Assembly: GCA_051453625.1 (NCBI GenBank)
Contig: JBOZIK010000001.1
Span: 10,268,313-10,304,121, forward strand
Direction: 5' to 3'
Origin: Welwitschia mirabilis
Lineage: Eukaryota
Length of the DNA stretch: 35,809 nt
The notes under the pieces were generated by a model. That model did not search any database. It worked only from the letters and a program-made list of their open reading frames with translations, and had not been told where the DNA came from. Position numbers and translations under genes: made by a program. Shown piece after piece: positions 11,776-23,908 of this stretch (its first letter is position 1; each line of letters begins with the position of its first letter).

Positions 11776-12134
11776 CTATTTATTCGTCATAAATTTGTAA
11801 TTGCTTAAGAACACAATAAGAGAGGAAACAAGTAGATTTCCTCCATGGAATAGATAAATCAAATTGCAAAGCATAGAATAACTGATAATTTTGTAGTTGT
11901 CTGCCACCTAGAAAAATTTATTCACTAATACCAGAAGTAACTAGAAAGCTGAAGCATTGGGGAAGATCCCAGGACACACAACAAAGTAAAACGGGAAATC
12001 AAAGTGTTCCAAAGGTCTTCAGTTACAGTTACCAGAAGATTGTCTCTGAACAGCTAATGAAATCCACTTAGGGATTTATCTTCTATCATAGTGCATCACT
12101 GGGCATGTGTCTTTGAAAGCATCAGGTGATTGTA

Positions 12135-12193
12135 TCTCTCTCTATCTCTCTCTATCTCTCTCACTCACTCACTCTGTCTCACTCTCACTCTCA
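12135..12193. repeat. Compound (CT)n/(CTCA)n microsatellite
   Basis: Directly visible tctctctctatctctc...cactcactcactctgtctcactctcactctc. Confidence 0.85.
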
Positions 12194-12249
12194 CAGATTA
12201 AGTAGTTTATAGAACATATAACAACAGTATATACATACTTTCGTATTCT

Positions 12250-13104
12250 TAACAATTACTTTTGGTATTCTGATATTACTACTAAGACTCATCAAATGCA
12301 ACTCAAGATGTATTCTTATGTATTCTTTTTGGGTTGTTTCAAGAGATATGCTATCCAAACCTTGTCCACAGTAGAACAGACAAGTTGTGGGCTCCTTCCA
12401 AATAGGACTGAGCCGGCCTGGGTAAACCGACCCATGCACAACGACTGTAAGGTTTGGAATTCCACGACCCTCTATCGTGTGTCACTCATCACCATCGCTC
12501 CAAATTGTCAATGTCCTTGACATTTCAAACATCTTCTTAATTGCAACCGCCTTCTTTGCTTGACTTCTGACTCGGAAGATGTTGCATAAAGATCTAGCCT
12601 CTATCTGAAGGTTCATCATAAATGTCTTCCCAGTTGTGGACATCTATTGTAAACACTTCTGCACTCAATCAAGACATCTTCTTGAGGCATCAATGTCTTC
12701 CATCTCACTGCTCTCACTTTCCCTAGTCCACAGACGTATTTCTAGTTTCCAAGATGTCTTTTGTACATCCCTCGACTTTCGGCCAAGATGCCTTCTTAAT
12801 AGCAGACATTTTCCATCACGACAAATGTCTTTTGACTTACCCACCTTGACTGTTGCACAATTCAAACAACTTCACGTCAGCAAGAGCCTCAGTCAAAAAG
12901 GCCTAAGTCTAATGTTAGACGTCTACTGTCTTGTAGACATCTACTCTTTTTAATATGTCTTTGATTGACTTCTGAATACTTGCTCTCCTTTGCATCCTAA
13001 AATAATTTAAACATACTTTGACTAGTTATTGGCATCATCAAAATTGGACATGTCAAAAATAAGCAACCTCTCCTACTTGCTCATTGATGCAAAAGGGCCC
13101 TACA
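12250..13104 (-). repeat. Probable LTR or solo-LTR fragment
   Basis: Minus strand starts TGTAGGG at 13104, about where recognisable gypsy integrase similarity stops, and contains a TTTTGATGATGCCAA motif common in plant LTRs. No second end or TSD was found. Confidence 0.35.
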
Positions 13105-13812
13105 TAATTAAAGCACAACTTGGCATATCATATTATGCTTGGTTTGCACTCTATGAAGTAACCTCAAGGAGTACTTAGTTCCCCACTTGGAAGGTTCCTT
13201 CCCTTCTCTTTTGGTTTGCATGTCTCTTGTAGCAGCACTATGATGCCTTTAAATTTATTGTACCTTTTGTGCTATTTCCTTGACAAATGTAGATCCTCCT
13301 GTGGCATTGATTTCCTTATCATGAGCTCCTCCCTGTACAATGACATGTTTTTGTAGCTCATTCCATAGACCATCTCAAGAGGCAATATGTTGAGGAATAA
13401 GTAGATTGATTGTAAGCAAATTCAACACAAAGTGCAGCCACCTCTCCCAAGTGCATGACTTTAACCCACACTGCTCTGACCTCTAGAGAATATTCTTGAG
13501 TACTGAATTTACGCGTTCAATTTTCCCATCCATCTTTGGATGATAAGAGGCATCAAATTTGGTCCAAATTCCAAGGACTCCCACAGGTTGTTGTTGCACC
13601 TTGGATAGAAGTTTAGAATCCTAACCCAAGGTGATAAAGTGGGGCATTCCATGTAGCCAAAAAAATTCTAACAAGAAGGTTTGCATTAACTTGGCACTGA
13701 TGACACTAAAGCAAGTTGGTATGAAAATGTGACATCTCGAAAAACGCACCTTGGACAATCTGTCCACGACCACCATGATGGCATCATGCATTTTATGGGT
13801 TTGGGATAACCA
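13105..13812 (-). mobile_element. Ty3/gypsy integrase remnant (3' part of a split element)
   Basis: Motifs HDAIMVVVDRLSK, ASYHPKMDGKIERVNSVL (cf. STAYHPQTDGQTEVVN), VEFAYNQS and YKRHANQKRREGTFQVG. Confidence 0.88.
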
Positions 13813-14033
13813 CTAGCTTAGATATATATTATATATGTATATCTATAAGTTGGCCAAGATGTATCAATGTTTTCCACCTTTTATTCGCGTTTTGATTGTG
13901 TGCATTTGTTTGGCCCTTTTTAAAGAGTGAAAATGGCCCCATAAAATTAGATTTACCATTTCAAAAATTATGAGGTTAAATGTTTTAAAAGAAATTAAGG
14001 TTTTCCGTTTCAAAATTTATTAGAATTGTTGTT
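13813..14033 (-). mobile_element. Non-autonomous Helitron/Helentron-like unit, copy 1 (3' part; runs into the N-gap)
   Basis: Closely similar to the units at 18618-19446. On the minus strand it ends with a subterminal repeat, an AT-rich stem and CTAG, followed by T. Confidence 0.7.
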
Positions 14034-14153
14034 NNNNNNNNNNNNNNNNNNNNNNNNNNNNNNNNNNNNNNNNNNNNNNNNNNNNNNNNNNNNNNNNNNN
14101 NNNNNNNNNNNNNNNNNNNNNNNNNNNNNNNNNACTAATTTTTAATCATGTGA

Positions 14154-16810
14154 GCATTGTTAAATAGGGAAAATAGTAAAATATTCATTTAAACCAAAAA
14201 TTGGTATCTCTACAAAAAAACCACTAGACATGTTACATTTAGATCTAATAGGACCTACAAAGGTAAGAAGCCTTAGTGGTAAGAAATACTTTATGGTAAT
14301 TGTTGATGATTTCACTAAATATATTTGGGTTGAATTTTTGCATTTAAAATTAGATACTTTTGACAAGTTCTACAAGCTTTATACAAAAATTTAGAACAAA
14401 AAAGGATATTCCGAAAAAAGAATTAGATCTAACCATAGAGGTGAGTTTGATAATGAAAGTTTCATCAATTTCTGTGATAGCTATGGCATATTTTATCAAT
14501 TTTAAGCTCCAAGAACAACACAATAGAATGGAGTGGTATAACAAAATAATAGAGTGTTAATAGAGATGGCTAAAATGATGCTTGGAGAGTATAATATTCT
14601 AAGATGGTATTGGGCTGAAGTAGTAAGTACCGCTTACTACATATCCAATAGAATTTTCCTGAGAACCACTGCTCAAAGAACTCCTAATGAACTATGGAAT
14701 GGTAAGAAATATATAGTTAAATACTTTAACGTTGTTGGTGGAAAATGCATTATATTAAATGACAAAGATCAGAGAAAATTCCAAACTAAGGGTATGCATG
14801 GTATATTTCTTGGTTGTTCTTCAAAAAGTAAAGCCTATTAAGTTTTCAAATATCAATCAAATAAGGTTGAAGAGTTAATTCATGTAAAAGTTTTAGAAAC
14901 TAATAATGAAAGAAGTATTAACAAAGACAAAAAAGACAATCCCATACAAAATTGTACTAATGATGCTCAAAGTAGTCACCAAGATGTTTCAAACAAAGCT
15001 CTTGAATAAGAAAATAATAAGAATCCCATGACCGTTGCTTCTAAAAAATGCACAGGTCTTTCTCTCAGAACTAGAAGATATCATCCAACTGACCAAATTA
15101 TTAGGAATTTAAAATTTGAAATAAGTACTAGATGAAGTATGAGTAATGTTTATGCACCTTTTTGTTTTGCATCTCACATTGAACCTAGAAATATAGCTAA
15201 AGCAAAACAACATGAGTAATGGGTAGAGGCTATGCAAAAGGATATATTGCAATTCAAGAGGAATGGAGTTTGAGACTTTGTTCCAAAGCTAAGAGGTAAG
15301 CATATTATTAGTACTAAATGGGTATTTAAGAATAATCTGAACAAAATAGGTACCATAGTATAGAACAAGGCCCAGTTGGTGGATTAAGATTATAGTCAAG
15401 AAGAAGGTATAGACTACATTGAGACCTATGCTCTTGTGGCTAGGCTTGAATCTATTAGACTTTTGTTAACTTATGAATATGCCATGGACATTAAATTATT
15501 TCAAATAAATGGGAAAAATGCCTTCCTCAATGATTACATAGAAGAGGAAGTATTTGTCAAACAACCACCTGGTTTTATTGATGCCAACTATTTTGAACAT
15601 GCTCTTAAGCTTAAAAAGGCCCTATATGAACTCAAACAAGCTCCTAGATCTTGGTATGAGAGGTTGTAAAAATTCTTGATAGAGCATGAATTCTCATTCT
15701 TCAAATTTGTGTTGATGATATAGTATTTGGTGTAACCAATGAAAAATTAACAATGGATCTTTCTAAGATCATGCAAAAGGAATTTGAGATGAGCATGCTT
15801 AAAGAACTTAATTTTTTCTTAAGATTACAAATTAAGCATCTCAAAAATGGAATATTTCTAAGTCAATCAAAGTATATTAAAGAATTATTAATCAAGTACA
15901 AGCTTGACAACGCTAAAGATGTTAGTACTCCTATGTCTATGAGCTTTGATTCAAGAGTTTTATGGGATTTAACCAACTGTCTTGTTCATTATATATCATT
16001 TAAAAATTCATGTTATCCAACAATTCCATGCAATTATTTTCATTATTAAAAAAGTTCATAATCTATGTATGAATCGGTATCTCATTCCAAAAAAATTATA
16101 CAACAATCAAAATTAGCAAGGATGATTCAAGTAAATCAGTAGATCAGAGACTCTATAGAGGTATGATTGGTAGCTTATTGTACTTAAATTCTAGTAGGCT
16201 AGATATCATGTTTAGCATGGATATTTATGCTTGATATCAATTTAATCCTAAATAATCTCACATTTCTGCAGTTAAAAGAATATTTAGATATCTTAAGCAT
16301 ACAAGTAATTTTGGCATTTCGTTTCGACATGATATTTCACTTGATCTAGTTTGGTATAGTAATACAAATTGAGCTAGATGTACTGATGATCGAAAGAGTA
16401 TGAGTAGTATCTACTATTTTTTAGGGAATCATATAGTAGCATGGAGCTCTAAGAAATAGAGTTCTATATCATTGTCCACTATAGAGGTTGAATATATATC
16501 AACTAGAGTTGGCTGTACTCAGTTGTTATGGATGATGCATACTTACATGATTATGGGATGGAAATAAAGAATAGTTAACTATTGTTTAATAACACCAATG
16601 CCATCAATATCACAAGCAACACTCACATACTAAGAACATTGACGTAAGGCATCACTTCATCCGAGAACAAGTTCAATAAGGTGTGATAAAGCAGGACTAT
16701 GTTTCTATTGAAAAACAACTTGTGGACATGTTTACAAAAGCACTGTCAGAAGTAAGGTTTCAGATATTAAGGGTAGAGTTGGGAACAGGAACATGCCCAA
16801 CCAAGGTATG
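14154..16810 (+). mobile_element. SIRE/Maximus-like Ty1/copia pol (integrase-RT-RNaseH), pseudogenised
   Basis: Motifs LHLDLIGP, IVDDFTKYIWV, WAEVVSTAYYISNR, HPTDQIIR, QFKRNGV, EEGIDYIETYALVARLESIRLLL, LKKALYELKQAPRSWYERL, YRGMIGSLLYL, HIDVRHHFIRE-like and VDMFTKAL. Many stops and frameshifts. Confidence 0.93.
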
Positions 16811-18617
16811 ATTTGTTTCTTTAGATGCCAAAACTTGTACATATCCAATCAAAGTTTGAATACATTTGAGCATAGTTTGAGTCTTTTATATTTCTTAATA
16901 TTCTTGGCTTATCAAGTAAATTATTTTTGGTCTTAATTCTATCTTATTTTTCCTCTTTTCTGCCATTCTCCATTGTCAATGGACTAGACTTTTGTACTTC
17001 TAAGATCTCAAACATCCGTAAGCCTATGTATGATTTTTTGATTGATTAAAGGATAGACGTCTGTTCTCCAATAGCTTGGACATCCACACACTTGAGTGGA
17101 TGCAATTTATTTTAAAAAAAAGAAAAAAACTCATTTTCATCAAATAAAAAGAAATCTCTTCTATATAAAGGACGTCCCCTGTTCTTTCTCTTCATTCTAT
17201 CTTTTTCAATTTGAAGTCCAAGAAGTAAGTTCTTTCCCTTCATCTTGTCTCTTCTCTTCCTTTAGTTCTTTTTTATGCCTCTACTCTTTCTTTCATCTTC
17301 CATCATCCCAAGAACTAAGATTTTAGTTTCAAAAAAAGACAGAGGCAAGAATAAAGAAGCAAAAATAGTATTTATTCATTCCTCATAATACCTTTAGGCA
17401 TTACTTCAATCTTTTATCCAGGAAGAGCCCAACTAGACGTACATTCTAAACCCTCATACTTAGGTTTTAGCAAATCTAGAATGTATGTTAAACATCTTTG
17501 TTTTAAACTTGTATGGTATTAACATTAAGATTAACCCAGAAATGATATCTAGTGCTACTAGCTTTTTGTTGGAAGGAGAAGAATATGTATGTGTAACCTC
17601 AGTTTCTGTTCTAGACCATCTTATTCCTAGACAAGAACTCATGGAGGTCCTCTATGAGTTCTTATCTAGGAATAAAATGATCTGAGGTCCTCTATGAAAA
17701 ATAAAAAGATTAGAGGACAGCTATTCCAACTTGCATCTTATACCCAGTTTACAAGGTGCTTTTTAGAATCATTTCTAGTAATCTCATCACTAAGCTCAGG
17801 CATATGGATGAAGTTTTTCCTTTATGTACATATGTTACGTATTGTTATGCTAGAAGCATTTAGATTAACCTGCCTAACTTGATATTAAAAAATATAGCTT
17901 CATATGCTTCAATGGATTAATAACTCTACCTTATGGGGGTTTGGTCACTAAGATGTGTCACGATCAAGAATATTTACCAAAAGTAAAAAGATGAAATCCT
18001 CAAAATGCTCAAACCTTTTGATGAGTCATTTCTAGTCAAAATGAAAATCATGAAAGGCTTTGCTCCTCTAGCTCTTTCCTCCCCTTCTTCTAGGTAGTTT
18101 AAGTGCATGAGATCTGGTGAATTTTCTTAATGATCATCTTCTATAGAAAAATGGCTTAAGAGGATTTCTTTACAACTTTCCAAAATTAATAAGGCTTTTG
18201 TGGACTTTGGTTTGAAAGTGGTTTCCACTTCCTACAGTAGTGGTAGTAGTGAAAATGTGGAGGAGTCTGATTGATCTCTCTTTTAGTCATAACTCCATAG
18301 TCTTTTTATCCTCCTTTTGTTTCAAATTTTATAGTATTACTTTTACCAAGCATTTGCCTCTTGCTTCTTGAAAATAAAAACCTCCTCTGAAGATGCGATG
18401 AAGTTTTGGAAGCATTTTAAATGAAAACCATAATTTTTCTAAGGAAGTAAGCTTCAAACACAAGTGATGAAATAGAGGACAATGGCATCGACGATAATGG
18501 ATCTTGATATGATGGTTAAGACAAAAAAATGCTAAGAAATGTACTTTGACAGCATGCCACCGACGCTTCGCCAAATGGTCTGGTATAAAAAATGCTATAT
18601 TCCATTTGATTCTAACA
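16811..18617 (+). mobile_element. 3' region of the SIRE-like element with a decayed extra ORF
   Basis: Follows pol directly and contains LPYGGLVTKM (~17926-17955), resembling motifs in post-pol extra ORFs of plant retroelements. The segment ends in ...TCTAACA at 18617. Confidence 0.5.
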
Positions 18618-19446
18618 TTAGCTTAGATATATATTATAAATATATATCTATAAGTTGGCCGAGATGTAACAATGCTTTTCACTTTTTGATCACATTTTGA
18701 TTGTGTGCAATTCTTTGGATCTTTTTAAAGGGTGAAAATGGTCCCATAAAATTTGGTTTACCATTTCAAAAATTATGAGGCTAAATGTTTCAAAAGAAAT
18801 TAAGGTTTCCCATTTCAAAATTTATTAGAATTGATGTTTCAACAGTTATTACCTCTACCGTTTCCAAGTTAAGTAACTTTGATGTTTTATAAGTTTTTTA
18901 ACTAAAAATAAAATTTTTAAACAAATCACTTACTGGGGATGGCCTCTCGGCCAAACTAGCTTAATATATAATATATATCTATAAGTTGGCCAAGATGCAA
19001 TGTTTTCTGCCTTTTGATCACGTTTTAATTATGTGCATTTGTTTGGCCCTTTTTAAAGGGTGAAAATGGCCCCATAAGATTAGGTTTACTGTTTCCAAAA
19101 ATTATGAGATTAAATGTTTTAAAAGAAATTAAGGTTTTTCGTTTAAAAATTTATTAAAATTAATATTTCAACATTTATTACCTCTACCCTTTCCAAATTA
19201 AGTAACTCTGATGTTTTGAAAGTTTTTTTAACTAAAAATAAAATTTTTAAAAAACAGGAGTAACACTATCCTGGACAAATCACTGACTGGGGATGGCCTC
19301 TCAGCCAAATCAAAATTTATTAGAATTGTTGTTTCAACATTTATTACCTCTACTGTTTCTAAATTAAGTAAGTTTGATGTTTTATAAGTTTTTTTAACTA
19401 ACACTATCCCTGACAAATAACTGACTGGGGATGGCCTCTCGGCCAA
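18618..19446 (-). mobile_element. Head-to-tail array of ~340-355 bp Helitron/Helentron-like units (two full copies and one partial)
   Basis: Units at 18618-18955, 18956-19308 and 19309-19446 (partial). Minus-strand starts are TTGGC(C/T)GAGAGGCCA; ends are TCTYGGCCAA, an AT-rich stem and CTAA/CTAG. Confidence 0.75.
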
Positions 19447-20560
19447 AAAAATAAAACCCATAATCCTACTTCCACGTAGGCACAAGAGGAGTTGCAGTAG
19501 GCCCCCTAAATATAGGTGTTTCGCCTTTACTTATTGTTAGATCCAATGGTGTGCAATCCACCCTCATGTTTCTCTAAGGCCATAGTGCTTTTGTGCCCTT
19601 GGTGCTCAACATAGGGAACTTCAAAAGCCTCCCTCAACACGTTAAATTTAAATCCTCCTTTAGTGATGCAGATTTTGTTTCCATTCTAAGTCATTCCCCT
19701 ATTTTTGTCAAAGGCACTCCAAACCCACCTTGTTTAATAGAGTTGCGACACATGTCAATGTGTGATTAAGGTCATCTGCTACATTACTTTCCTTGCCGGA
19801 AGAGTATCTAAACTCCACATCAGACTCTCAAACTAGTTCCATCCAATATTGTTACCATAGTGTAGAGGCTAGGAGTGCAAGAATGGCTAGCCTCAAGGAT
19901 CCATGTTGCTCCTCCTCTCAATTTGTTAGGCAACTCAGAGCTGATGTCATCCCACCTTCATTTCGCTCCTTTGCAATGCAAGGATGGCGTTTACCTGACA
20001 CCCATTCATGTTGCTTCACAAGGTCTAGAGGAAGAGGCCTCCTATCACAAGGCATCCTTACAAGTAAAGGAAGCACATCGTTGTTAAAGGTTGCTTGCAT
20101 GTGTAGCTTGTCCCTTCCTTCATTATGGTACCCAAAACAGTTATGCAAATAAAGTGCTCTAGTCTGCAAGCAAAGGCAAACCAACTTCCAAAGGCACTAT
20201 CCTAGGCTCAAGCAAACTCGAAGCATTGAAGATCCTAGGCAAACAAGGTTGCCTAGAAGATCTCTGGGGCTACACATTGCTTTTTACAGGTTTGGAGCAT
20301 TACTCGCGTTTCCTACAAGACTATGATATTAGAGATGGCAAAACCTAGGTCACCCTCAGTGATTTACCATGGACCCCCTTTCTTTGATTCCGCCCTACCA
20401 GATGAGAGTGTTATCATGGCTAAGTATTCTTTACAAGAAGCCGCCCCACTAGCACCACATCAAAAAACTCCAAAGAGACATCTGAAGGACATCACTAAGT
20501 ACTTTTTTGAATATTCTTCTCTTTTGTATCAGTTTGGCTCTGATAGCACTCATAGTGCTC
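19447..20560 (-). mobile_element. Ty3/gypsy pol remnant (RNaseH to integrase N-terminus; 5' part of the split element)
   Basis: Motifs EFRYSSGKESNVADDLN (cf. YKPGKENVVADALSR) and GLLQLL..MGFI (cf. GLLQPLP..SMDFI). Joins in frame to 13812. Confidence 0.8.
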
Positions 20561-21550
20561 CCAAACTACATAGCGTTATAAAATGAGAAAACAATTAAAA
20601 AAAATCTTTTTTTTTTTTTTTTAACTATTTGGGGGTTTGCATGTTTACCTAAACATAACACATTGCTATTCACGTGTTGGCTAAGCTTAATGTTATTTCA
20701 CAAGGAAATCTTTTCATAATCCAATATTATGCTATAACTAGAGATATTTTAGCATATATCATAGATAATAACTTCATTTATTAACATATGTCAAATACTA
20801 AACTAAACCTTTATTAAATAGCATTGTTACCTAAAGTTGTAAGCTTCAACATCTTGTGTTCGAGTCCTATGGTGTGCACATTGGCTTGTGGTTCTACCCA
20901 TATATTGAACGCGCACCTAGATATGGCCTTCAATGTCTTGGGCATGAATCACATGTTGAACATTTGGTGGCTAACTTCTATGACGATAGAGGCCACCTAA
21001 AGGTTTCATCTAACCAACACTAACTTTAATTATTTGCAAGGAATAGGCATTACACCCTTGTCTTCTAGCTTCATCTTAACCCTTTTGAGGTTCCCGAAGG
21101 GATCTTTGATACGCCTAATAACTCTATGATGCCTAGAAACCATGAAACATGTTTTAACACCTATGCTTTCCCATTGATCATCCTTGGGATACTATCCTTG
21201 CTTTCCACTAGTTAGTAAATTCCACCTAAGGCAATGTCAAATGGCCTTGGAACACTCATAGTCGGCCTTGGGACATTAATGAATTGATTTAGAATATTAT
21301 CAAAAGAACCATGTCCATTGTCAACATAGTGAATGTCCATCATTCTCCCATGACTGGATTGCTAGAACCCTTGGCAAAACTTGGAGGTTTGTCACTTAAA
21401 GAGACAACTGCCCTCACCCTGCAGGTTCTTACAAAACTCATTATCGATAGAAAAAGGCTTCTTGTGTAGGAAGGGAAAAGATCTAGGATTAATCTAAACA
21501 TAAAAACACCTCCAAAACCTATCCTGCACTCACTCAACGGAATATAAAAC

Positions 21551-22376
21551 TGTTAGTTGTGAGAATGCACAGGTATTCATTAAAACACAAATCTTATTAA
21601 AAGTTAGGACATCCTCTTTGTTGCTGCCGCTTGAGTTTTGAATTAAAAGATCTAGATTTGTGAGAAAAATCTAGATTTGCGAGATAAATCTTGCCCTGTA
21701 GAATCAAAATTGTGCAAAATTGAATACATTTCATGCCTGTGGAATTAACATCCTTTGAAATGACCTCTAAAGAAATCCAACATACTCTCTAGGAGGAGGG
21801 GAAAAAATTGAAAAATCAATGGATATTCCCCCCTCCCCAACCAAAACTAATTTTGAGTTTCATTTGATGCTTTCACAGATCATGAACAAGCAACTAGAAC
21901 CATCATGGAACACTAATACAAGCCCTTTTGACTGTGGACATTGAACAAAAGAAATCACTAAAAAGACACAGAGCAAAATTCGGCCTTGCCAGCTAAAACT
22001 CAGAGAACACAAAAACTGAAGATAACCATCACCGCCGAAAACTGCTGCATCTAGATTAGTAAATCTAAAATACCAATAACACAGGACTTCCATATTACAT
22101 AGGAAAGAAAGCATTGGAAAAAAAAAACAAAAGAAAAAGAAGAAAAAGAAAGCATGTGGACAAATCCTTATTTAGAGTTGAAAACAAATTACAACCTAGA
22201 AACTGCATAAACAGTTTAGAGTCTCACACAAAAGATGACTGCACCACACACACTAACACTACCAGTTCACACCATAATCACTCATGTGAAGGACGGAGAA
22301 AAAAAGGATTGTATTTTTCATTTTTAATATTGAGCTAGCTCAAAGTAGGCTTCATCAAATCTAACAATCTCCCCCT
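21551..22376 (-). repeat. 3' LTR (~816 bp, TGTTAG...CTAACA) with polypurine tract
   Basis: PPT AGGGGGAGAT (22367-22376) lies immediately before TGTTAG at 22366 on the minus strand. A matching 6-bp inverted end is at 21551. Confidence 0.6.
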
Positions 22377-23153
22377 TGAAGACTGACAGACTCTTTTGTA
22401 AGTTATAAGTTTTCTAGATAGGGTAAGTTGTGAAGGCTGATACACATAGGCCATGTCAAAGTAGTGCTAAAATGCACATTAGATGTGAAAATTTTGCTTA
22501 CTCATTTGTCTAGCCTCTTACACTCGAGCATAACTTTGATCCCTCGATGATCTAAAGACAATCTAAATGTTAAAACCTCGATTCTGATTGAATCTATACT
22601 GCATAACAATTTGGAAAAAGAAACTCCATGTTTAGTTTCACCTTTAGCGTTTTCAATCTTTAATGGACAGTGAAAGAAGGAAAAATTGACTTGAATAGGA
22701 TTGATTGATACTTTTGGAAATTTATCTACATTTTGTTCTGAACTTTCGAAACTGTATGCAATGGCGTTTGCTACCTTAAATACTCTAGTACATATTCTGG
22801 TTGAAAGTTGATACTTGCTAGTCTGATAAATAATAATGTTATTTTTGTATTGCCTTGGGCTTTATTTACCACTTAATATCTATCAAAATTAACATGAAAA
22901 GTATCTACATTTATTGATTTTCCATACTTACTGGTTACAGACAATTTTGGGTCACAATTCTAAAGATTCTCACAATATGGATCTTTTCAGGAAAAAGCAG
23001 TTCTATGGTACTTTTACTTTTTAAAAGCATGTAAGAAACACTACATGCCAACTTGCGTGCCACAAGTTATGCTACTGTAGATACACCTGAAGAGCAACCT
23101 CCTTAGCACAATTGGCCTCAGCAGCTTTAGAACATACATTTGAGTCCTTTCTT

Positions 23154-23409
23154 TCCTCAATACCAACAAAACATGTTTCTCTAACAAATATGCTTCTTGG
23201 TGTTGTATTTTAAGACAAGAGCATCATTAGAGGAAGAATTGCTGGAGCATTTGTGGCAAAGCTCTTCAACCAAGATTTCTCCTTGTATCTCCTCAATACC
23301 AACAAACATGTTTCTCTAACAAATATGCTTCTTGGTGTTGCATTTTAAAACAAGAGTTTCATTGGAGGAAGAATTGCTGGAAGCTCTTCAACCAAGATTT
23401 GTCCTTGTA
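23154..23409. repeat. Tandem duplication of ~135/120 bp
   Basis: tcctcaataccaacaaa..catgtttctctaacaaatatgcttcttggtgttg...aagctcttcaaccaagattt.tccttgta occurs twice in succession. Confidence 0.9.
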
Positions 23410-23446
23410 CCACCTTAGCATGTTCTGTAAAATGTTGTTAATATTC

Positions 23447-23908
23447 TGTTAAGAATTTGGCATGCAAAAATGGTAAAAATAGTATCACAAATAGAAAAAG
23501 AATATAGTGTAGCTTGAGCTCTTTCTACCCTACATCCCCAAAAACCAGTCCAATTCTTTGAGTATCCAAGGACACAAACCATCCTCGAAAGCTTTAGTAA
23601 GAAGCTACAAAGACAGCAGTGGCTGCAGCAAAGGAAATCCTCAAGAGTGAAACCAAACCGCTTTTTTCTTTCCACTTCTCATGATTAAATGCCTTCCCTC
23701 TATTTCAACACCCCTTTATACAGCTTTACACCAGGGTTCAAACCCTAAGATAACATTGACATGATTCCTAGTCAGAATTAAAAATATGTAAAGATGATTG
23801 TCATATTACAAAGAATTTAATAGCCTCTTCACATCAACATTCAAAACCAAAGGGAAATATAAAACATAGAGGGCAGAATTGGCTTCTCTTTACGACGATT
23901 CTCCCCTT
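23447..23908 (-). repeat. 3' LTR (~450 bp) and PPT of a Tork-like copia
   Basis: PPT AAGGGGAGAAT (23898-23908), then a decayed start CGTCGTAAAGAGAAGCC. Shares CTACCCTACATCC, at similar spacing from the end, with the LTR at 30330-30717. Confidence 0.65.

Noticed and set aside
15944..16110. ~160-bp insert in the SIRE RT with a possible 7-bp TIR
   Set aside because: The interruption seems real, but the right-hand repeat overlaps probable host coding sequence and no TSD is evident, so it cannot be called a MITE.
19793..20184. Cluster of overlapping 70-119 aa ORFs
   Set aside because: Alternative frames over decayed gypsy RNaseH.
20820..20900. B-box-like GTGTTCGAGTCC suggesting another SINE
   Set aside because: No convincing A box, tail or TSD.
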